Below are positions 56,061-64,000 of a DNA stretch of 64,000 nucleotides, piece by piece (position 1 is the stretch's first letter; each line of letters begins with the position of its first letter). The stretch is taken from the NCBI RefSeq assembly GCF_009914755.1, contig NC_060930.1; one strand, 5' to 3'. The position numbers and the translations under genes were made by a program. The notes beneath the pieces are model-generated. The model saw nothing but the letters and a program-made list of their open reading frames with translations. It was not told the origin of the DNA and searched no databases. The stretch comes from the human T2T-CHM13v2.0 reference genome, Homo sapiens.

Positions 56061-57438
56061 CACTTTAGCCTGACTTCTCTATATTGCAAAAGAAGAGCTG
56101 GATGTGCTGCCCTTCACATATAGAAGATTCTCTATGTCATTGCAATATTCCCAGCATTGTTACTGTTTTCTAGTAATGGTGAAAGACAGATGCTAGGCAC
56201 TGCCACTAGGACTCTTAGTGCATTGACCAAGATTTGGCTACAGATTCCTGCCACCCAAACGGAGCAAAGCTGCCAGCCCACAAAGAGAAGGAACCCAGCT
56301 CCTTGGCCTCTCTGCCTTGGTTCTCTATCTGACTGAGTTATCCAACCACCATGAATACCAGACAATAAGGAATAATAATTTAAAAAAAACTGGTTAGAGG
56401 CTTGGCAAGGAAACAAAAATTTCTATTTGTTTTGTTTTTATTTTTATTTTTCCAACAGGAGATAGTTTGGCCAAGAAAAATATCATCCTTCCATGGATGC
56501 CTGGTATCCTGTTTACTCCTACACATTGTTCTTACATGTCAGAAAATGAAGTATGAGCTAAGGAAAGGCCAGTCATTAAATAAAATGCTGGGTCTTGGGA
56601 GACATTTTAGGGTATATAAATTTCATAGAGACATATCAAACTGCAAAAACCAAATGAAGATCATTTGCCACTATCTAAGATGTGTTTTTAAATTATACTA
56701 ATAAAATAGATTCCATATATACTGATTTACTTGAAGGAAAATGTTGTTTTTCCCTTAGGAGTCTTTAGGGGAAGACACAAATATTAACAATTCTGTTTAA
56801 AGAAACGAAATGGTCTAACATGATTTCTCAAGGTTCTCATTTAACCACCGAGTTCCATAGATACACTTTCTTTTGAATAAAATTGTACAGGTATATATGA
56901 AAGCAATAACTAAAAATCACATTTAGTAAGTATGGAAGGGTTATATAACCAAATCAGAAATATAATACTGAACTTATTTTTACATTATTATTCACCTTTC
57001 AAAGTTTTATTAATTCCTTCATGAACTTTAAATACCACTTAACCCATTTTGGCAGCAGTTAAATTAATGTTTTCAATTGACTTTTGTGGGATCACATTTC
57101 TAATACACAAACTATATATACATACACTAGACTCTCCATGTTCATTCCACATTGTCAAGAGAGTACAGGCCAAGAAAGGCATCTGCAGTTTGCAACCATG
57201 AAAGTACTAGATCACTTTTTCCAATATATCTTCATCTATAACAGGCTCTTAAATGCACCACTCATTCATTAGTTCATTATGTACATTATGAGCAGAGAGC
57301 CTGCTGAGTGCCAGGAACTATGCCAACATTTTACTATTTCCTCCATCATACATTCTTTTAATTCTTTTCTGTACATAAACGTTCATAAAATACTTTTGAT
57401 CAAAGTTTTGATATATGAGTTTGATATGAGATATATCG

Positions 57439-58043
57439 TGTGATAGTTAATTTTAGGTGTTAATTTAACTGAACTAAGGGATGCCCAGATAGCTGGAAAG
57501 GCATTATTTCTTATTATGCCTGTGAGGGTGTTTCCAGAAGAGACTGGCATTTGAAATCAGTGGGCTTAGGAATATCTGCTGTCACCAACATGGGCAGGTA
57601 CTATCCAATCAGCTGGAGGTCAGACAGAACAAAAGGCAAAGGAAAGGTGATTTTGTTTTCTCTCTCTCTCTCTCTCCTGGAGCAGGGACACTCTTCTTCT
57701 CCTACCCTTGGACATCAGAACTCCAGCTCTCCAGCCTTAGAATTCTGGTATTTGCACCAGTGACCCTCTAGGGTCTTTGGGCTTAGACTAAAAGTCTAGG
57801 CCTTTGGGCTTAGACTAAAAGTTATACCATTAGTTTCCCTGGTTCTGGGGCCTTCTGACTTGAACTGAGCCATGCTACTAGCATCCCAGGTTCTCCAATT
57901 TGCAGAAGGTCCATCATGGGACTTAGCCTTCATCATTGCTAAGCTAATTTCCTTAATAAATCCCCACTCATTCATCCATCTATCTACCTACCTACGTACC
58001 TTTCCTACTGGTTCCGACTTTCTGGAGAACACTGACTAACATA
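57439..58043 (+). mobile_element. MLT2B-like ERVL solo LTR
   Basis: TGTGATAGTTAATTTTAGGTGT...GGGATGCCCAGATAGCTGG...AATAAATCCCC...GAGAACACTGACTAA; 5-bp TSD TATCG/TATCA. Confidence 0.85.
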
Positions 58044-58774
58044 TATCAATAATAGACCCTATTTTCAATCGTACATTTGAAGTAGATTAGGACATGGTAA
58101 AAAAAGGTAACCAGGATTGGTGAGAAAAATTCAGAGCAGGAAACAACAAGTGAAGTATTTGACATCGTCTGTCTCCACCTTCTGGCCACAAGGCAAAAAG
58201 GCATGTCTGAGAAATAATTGTTACATAACTACTGGAAACAGCTCTTAAAATGGAAATCTTTTGCCTGTTACTATTCTAATATTTACAGAATGTCTATTCT
58301 AGGCGAGGTTCCAGATTAGAAACTGGCCCATAGGAATAACCTGCAGGAAATATGCTTTTCTTATTTTGTGAAAAAAATCCCATCTTATAACAGCAAATCT
58401 TCTTTGAACTACTCAAAAACACATTAATAATATTATTTCAAAAATATTCAGTTTTAACAAGGATGATATTATATTAAGCTATCTATCAATTTCAAAGCCC
58501 TTTTATATCCATGATTATGGTTATCCTGACAACAGACTGAAAAGCCTTTTGCCATGCACCAGCATGGTGGGCAGCAGGGAAAGAACAGGCTTGGGAGGGA
58601 GGCAGGTCCAAGTTTGCCCATCAACAACCCCATTTCTTCACCATGTGACCCTTAACAAACACTTAGCCTTCAAAAGTGCTCACTTATTTCAAATATCAAA
58701 TAGTGAGAGAAGAACTTACAGTTTCTGGGAAGATCATATAGAATAGCCGATAGCATATAGTATACAGAGCCCAT

Positions 58775-59168
58775 ACAGGGATGAATGGATAAGCAAAATG
58801 TGACATATACCTATGATGGAATATTATTCAGCCTTAAGAGGAAGGAAAATCTGACACACGTTACAACATGGATGAACCCTGAAGACATTATGCTAAGTGA
58901 AATAAGTCAAACACAATGAGGCACCTAGTGTAGTCAAATTCAGAGATAGAAAACAGAATCGTGATTGACAGGGCCTGGGAGGATGGGGAGCTATTGTTCA
59001 ATGGGTACAGAGTTTCAGTTTGGGAAGATGAAAAAGTTCTAGAGATGGGTGCTTATGATCATTGCACAACAACGTGAATGCAGTTAATGCCACAGAACTG
59101 TGCACTTCAAAATGGTTAAAGTGGTAAATTTTATGTTATGTATTTTTATCACAATAAATTCATTAAAA
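58775..59168 (+). mobile_element. L1MB 3' end
   Basis: GATGAATGGATAAGCAAAATGTG...GTTTCAGTTTGGGAAGATGAAAAAGTTCT...AATTTTATGTTATGTA. Confidence 0.85.
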
Positions 59169-59199
59169 AATGGTTAGAGGCACAGGGACTAGAGAAGAA

Positions 59200-60450
59200 A
59201 ACAGTACAGACAAAGTTCTTCTGTCATGGAGGTTTTGGGAGACAGAAAAATGAGCCAACCAACCAATAAATAAGATCAGATGTTTTATCAGATTATTGCC
59301 AAGTAGAGAACGAAAAAAAGAGAAATGTGAGAGTAAGTCCAATCTCTAAGGATGAGTCAGTGAAGCTGAGATCTGAGTTAAAAGAAGTACCTAATCTTAT
59401 AAAAACTAAGAGGAAGAGTATTCCAGGAAGAAAGACCAGTTGGTTCAAGAAACAAAAAAAATTATGTGCAGAAATGTAATGGGCAAGGAGAATGGTTAGA
59501 GATAAAGTCTGAAAGATTGGCAGGTATGATCAGAGTACAGTTTGAATTTTATTCTAAGTATGATGGGAAGTGATTGGAGGGCTTTAAATAAAGAACTGAC
59601 ATAATCATCAGATTCGTGTTATGTAAAGGTCTCTCTGGCTGCTGTGAAGAGCCTGGATTGTAGGCAGTCCAACAGTGGAAGCAGGAATACCAGCTAGGGA
59701 GATTACTACGGAAAAGAGACAATGGTGACTTGATCTAAAATATTAGTGGTGGAGACAGGGTGAAGAAATTTGATCCAGGATTTATGAGGTAGATCTCCTG
59801 GGACTTGTATATGGATTATATATTAAGAAGAGGGAAAGGAGGAAATAATGAGTGTCTCCTAAATTTTTGGCTTGAGTCTGAGTAGGTGTTGACAGCATTT
59901 ACTGAGATGTGGTGAGGAAAACGAGCTTTCTGGTGGGATATCTAGAGTCTGTTTTGTCCTTATTAAGTTTGAGAAGAAGTTCCAACTTATATGGGAATGT
60001 TCAGTAGACAAATCTGAGAGTCTGGAGTTCTGGGGTATAGTTGAGACTAGAGGTACAGATTGTGGGGGGCATCATTGGCATTGAGATGGCATTCATAGCT
60101 ATGGGGCTGAATGAGATCAACTATGATGTATAAATACAAAACAGAAGGTAGCCAATAACTTCTCCAAGGGGCACTCCAAATTTAGCAGAGGAAAAACAGG
60201 AGAATAAGACACTGAAAAGAAGTAGCAATGAGGAAGGTGAAAACAGATGGCAATGTCACAAAAGTCAAGAGCTTTGAGAAGGAAGTAGTGGTCAATTTCA
60301 TCAAGCGTTCTTGAGAGGTCAAGAAGGATAAGAACATAAAAATACAACTGCTGGGTCTGGCAACACGAAGGTTGTGATTGCTTTGATGAGAGCTGTCTTA
60401 GTGGAAGAGCAGGGAGGGAAGCCTGATGAGGAGGCAAGAGGAGTTGGGAC
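59200..60450 (-). mobile_element. L2a fragment
   Basis: TTTATTCTAAGTATGATGGGAAG...CTCTGGCTGCTGTG...GAGAGGTCAAG. Confidence 0.75.
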
Positions 60451-61829
60451 TCTGAGACCAGTAGAGGGGTTGTTGGGCCTTTGCTAGGAACAGAGAGAAT
60501 GATAGCTTTTGCCAGAGGAGGAAGCCAGAGGGCGTGGGTAAACCAGGATATAATAGGGCTGGTAGACTTTCTAATTCACTTAGAGCCATGTGAGGCAAGA
60601 ATAAATTATAAAACAATCCCTTGGCTTTGTGTTCTTATGTTTACTCTTAATCCACTTTCTTCATATTAAAAATGATTGTCTTTAATCAAAGTTGTTGCTG
60701 TATGAAGATGCAATGAATAAGCTGGGTAGCACTGTAGATTCAACTTTTACTAAAGAAAAGCAACTTTGCTGATACCCACAGGAATTCTTAAGTAGAAAGA
60801 AAAATAGAGACTTTATTATATTTTAAATTTTCAACTAAGGAGGAGAGGGGCAGCATTTGAAACCAGAGGCAGCATTTAATGAAAGGTTCTCAGAGACAGT
60901 ATGAATGAAAATAAAATAAGAGCAGAAGTGTGCATCTTTTAAAGGACAGATTACATCCTGGAAACATGAAGATAATTAGTTGGTATTTAAATCTATTAAT
61001 TAGGCTAATTAAATTAGAAACGGTAGGCAGTTCTGTTGAAAGATTTCCTGCTAAGATTTTTTTTATGTGAAATTCCCTTCAGTTCTGTTATGCAGTTAAG
61101 TCCTCCTGATACTTGTGGATTAGCTCACTTGGAAGATATTGTTGAAGAAAATCATTAGGATGGAACAACAGTATAAATGCAATTGCATGTATGTGAGGTT
61201 TTTTATAAAAGAATTTTTGGGTTAAAATAAGCCTGTACGAGTATATGATCTTAGAAATATAAGATTTACTATGGGTTGATGGATCCCTTAGATCAGAGCT
61301 GGCTCCAACGGCACCAAATGGCCCTGCCTCCTGTCTTTGCTTCCTGCTGAGGATGCTGACATGTGAAGTTTCTTGGAAATGAAGTCTCTTTATGATTACA
61401 GAGTAGAGAACACAGTTTGAACCACTTCTTACTGAACTGGGGAAACCGACCCCTGACAGATTGAAAGATGAGGCTTCCTTGAATGAGAGAAGTGCTACCT
61501 AATATCGTCGGTGGGATGGAGTCAGGAATGGGACAAAGACAAAGGTTGGTGACCACTCCTTGAGTTTTCTTCTCTATTAGTTTGGCTCTTATAGCAAGAC
61601 CACGGCCCCCAGCCACCCGGCTCTCAGAATAGGTAACTAAATGCTTGTGTAGATTTAGCAGAGATATGAAAGGTAGCAAGGAGGTGGGAGTAATGGGCCA
61701 ATCTGTAGGGACTCTGGACATGGTGCATTAGAGACAAAATTAGAGATTAAAATGCCAATATGCTGGCCAGTGAGGAGACTGAGGTTCTGTAAATGGGACT
61801 TTAAAAATTAATTTTCTATTCTAAATATA

Positions 61830-63300
61830 TTTAATAAGTGCCCATTTTGCATAGACTCTTATGCAGATATCATGAATTATACAAATATAAATGAGGAACA
61901 ATAGCTGCCATTAGTGTAAATGGGAGATAGACAAACACAAATTGCAAAGGCCTTGTAAAGTGTGGTAAGTGCTTAAAGTTTTCAGACCAATGGCTATGGG
62001 AGTGCAAAGGTGGGAAAGTTAGAGGTAGTTAGAGAAATGACAGAGGACTTCTTAGAAGTTGGGTCATTTGAACTAGTCTTGAAAGATGGCTATGATGGTT
62101 AAGCTTATGTGTCAAACTTGGCTAGGTCACAGTGCTTAGATATTTGGTCAAACAGTATTCTGGGTGTTTTTGTGAACATATTTTTAGATGAGATTAACAT
62201 TTAAGTCAGTAGACTTTGAGTGAAGCATATTACCCTCCATATGTGGGTGGACCTCATCTAATCAGTTGAAGGCCTTAATAGAGAAAAGACTAACTTCCCT
62301 GGAGAAAGAGGGAATTCTGCCAGCAGGCTGCCTCTGGACTAGAACTGCAGCTCTTCTCTAGGTCTCAAGCCTGCTGGCTTCCCTTGCAGATTTCAGGCTT
62401 ACCAGCCTCTACAATCTCATGAGCCAATTCCTTAAAACAAATCTGTCTATATATGTGCACACATATATATATTCATCCTATTGGTTCTGTTTCTCTATTG
62501 AGAACTCTAATACAATTTCCCATATTTTAATTAGTAAAGAAAGAGGAGTGGACAATGGAAATAAGTGCACTGTATGGAGAAGTGAAGAGAATGTGCCTAT
62601 GGATTGTGAATTCTCTAATGTGGTTGGATTGTATGGGTATCACAGGGCTCCCTAGTGGTACATAGTCCTGGAAAGGTAGACTGGGGCCAGATCATGTATG
62701 TCTTTGGTTACTGAGGCAAGGGGTTTGAGCTTTATTCTGTAGAAAGGTTTTGGAGCAGAAGAATGATATAACCATGGCTACCATTAGGAAGGTGACCCTG
62801 GCAACTGCGGAGGATAGAGTCAGGATGCCAGAGACCACTGCACTATCCACATGAGCAGAACTGAGCTGATGACGGCGGAACCAGGGCACTAGCTGTAGGA
62901 ACGGATTAAGGGTATAGAATCAAGACGCTTAAAATCAGTAAGATTTGAGGATTGAATGGACAGTCTGAATCAAACATGTCTCTAAAACTTCTACAATGAT
63001 TGGCTTGCAAGACGGTGACACCATAAATGAGATAAGGAAAACAGAAGGGGAAACAGGAATGAAGCTGTATGCAGGGACACAGGGTGTTAAGTTCAGCTAT
63101 AGTCCCAGACCTGTGAGCATTCAGGCCTCAGTAGCACATGTGAGTGAATAGATTCAGGAGATATCCTGAGCAAAGGTGAAGTGAGAACCATTTGCATAAA
63201 CAAACTATGGAGGAACAGGAGAATAGAGTTGGAGGATGTTGATATTTGAGGGCTGGGCAGAGGAAGAGGATTTAGCAAAGAAGACTAAAAAGGAGAGTTA
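61830..63300 (-). mobile_element. L2 fragment interrupted by an MLT2 LTR
   Basis: GGGGCCAGATCATG...GGTTTTGGAGCAG...GTGACACCATAAATGAGATAAGG. Confidence 0.6.
62091..62514 (+). mobile_element. MLT2D/C-like ERVL solo LTR
   Basis: TATGATGGTTAA...ATGTGTCAAACTTGGCTAGG...GATATTTGGTCAAAC...CTAATACA. Confidence 0.85.
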
Positions 63301-63459
63301 GGAGAGGAACTAGTACCTAGCACATAGGTGGCACCCAATGACTTTTAAAAAAAAATTAATAAATAAACTAGGGTGATGCCCAGTCATAGAAGTTCAAAAA
63401 GATGAGCATGTGAAGGACAAAACAATGATTGTACATTTCAAAATAATGAATTTCATATA

Positions 63460-63792
63460 CACTCGTTCCTCAATATCTGTGAGAGATTTGTTCCAGGATC
63501 TCCTATGAATACTAAAATCCATGGATACTTGAGTCTGTGATATAAAATGATGTAATATTTGCATATAACTACTAACAAACTCTTGGATCATTTAAATCAA
63601 CTGTAGATTACTTATAATACTTAGTACAATGTAAATGCTATGTAAATTGTTGTTATGCTGTATTGTTTAGGTAATAACCGACAAGAAAAATGTCTGCATA
63701 TGTTCAGTACAGACACAGTATTTTTTAATACTTTCAAATCACAATTGATTCAATCTATGGATTCAGAACCCATGGATACTGAGGGATAACTG
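63460..63792 (-). mobile_element. MER2 (Tigger-derived MITE), complete
   Basis: TIR-like ends with TA duplication at 63458-59 and 63793-94; GATTACTTATAATAC...TACAATGTAAATGCTATGTAAA. Confidence 0.85.
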
Positions 63793-64000
63793 TATATGAA
63801 TTATCTCTCAATAAAGCTGTTATTTAATATGAATAAAGAATAAATCGATTAAGTAAGATTTTGTAAAAAATTAAGTGAGCTAAGGGCTAAGAAGAGGTCT
63901 TTGCAGTTGACCACTTAAGGCACCAATCACCTCTAAGCAAGCAATTCCAATAATGAAGGAATGGCAGAAATTCAATTATTGTAAGCAAAGAGTAAGAGGG

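Noticed and set aside
61293-61721. 142-aa minus-strand ORF and a 20-nt exon-like segment near 61433-61452
   Set aside because: No recognisable protein similarity; splice signals only moderate.

Overview
Primate (very probably human) nuclear DNA that is non-coding: intronic or intergenic. I recognise no protein-coding exon, RNA gene or CRISPR array, and I cannot name the locus. The longer ORFs in the track come from Alu, L1, L2 or LTR12 sequence or are chance ORFs. Much of the window is interspersed repeat: 11 Alus, a nested L1PA8/Alu/Alu/L1PA4 cluster (33.1-36.6 kb), a complete solo LTR12C (52.7-54.0 kb), other solo LTRs (MER54, MER31, MER39, LTR33-like, MLT1, MLT2), DNA transposon fossils (Tigger3b, MER2, MER5, MER58, MER3, MER1) and MIR/L2/L3. 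Repeat subfamily names come from recalled consensus sequences and need RepeatMasker confirmation. The most notable structure not explained by those repeats is a set of locally templated copies at about 37-48 kb: a 177-bp near-perfect non-tandem duplication starting 2 nt after a strong splice acceptor, a 30-bp inverted duplication forming a pre-miRNA-sized hairpin, an exact 24-bp dispersed repeat and a tail-less internal L1 fragment. Also notable are a PU.1/IRF/NF-kB/ACGT-palindrome enhancer-like module at 24.4-25.4 kb and an LTR12C promoter pointing at an inverted Alu pair 26 bp apart. I found no evidence for a new protein-coding system.
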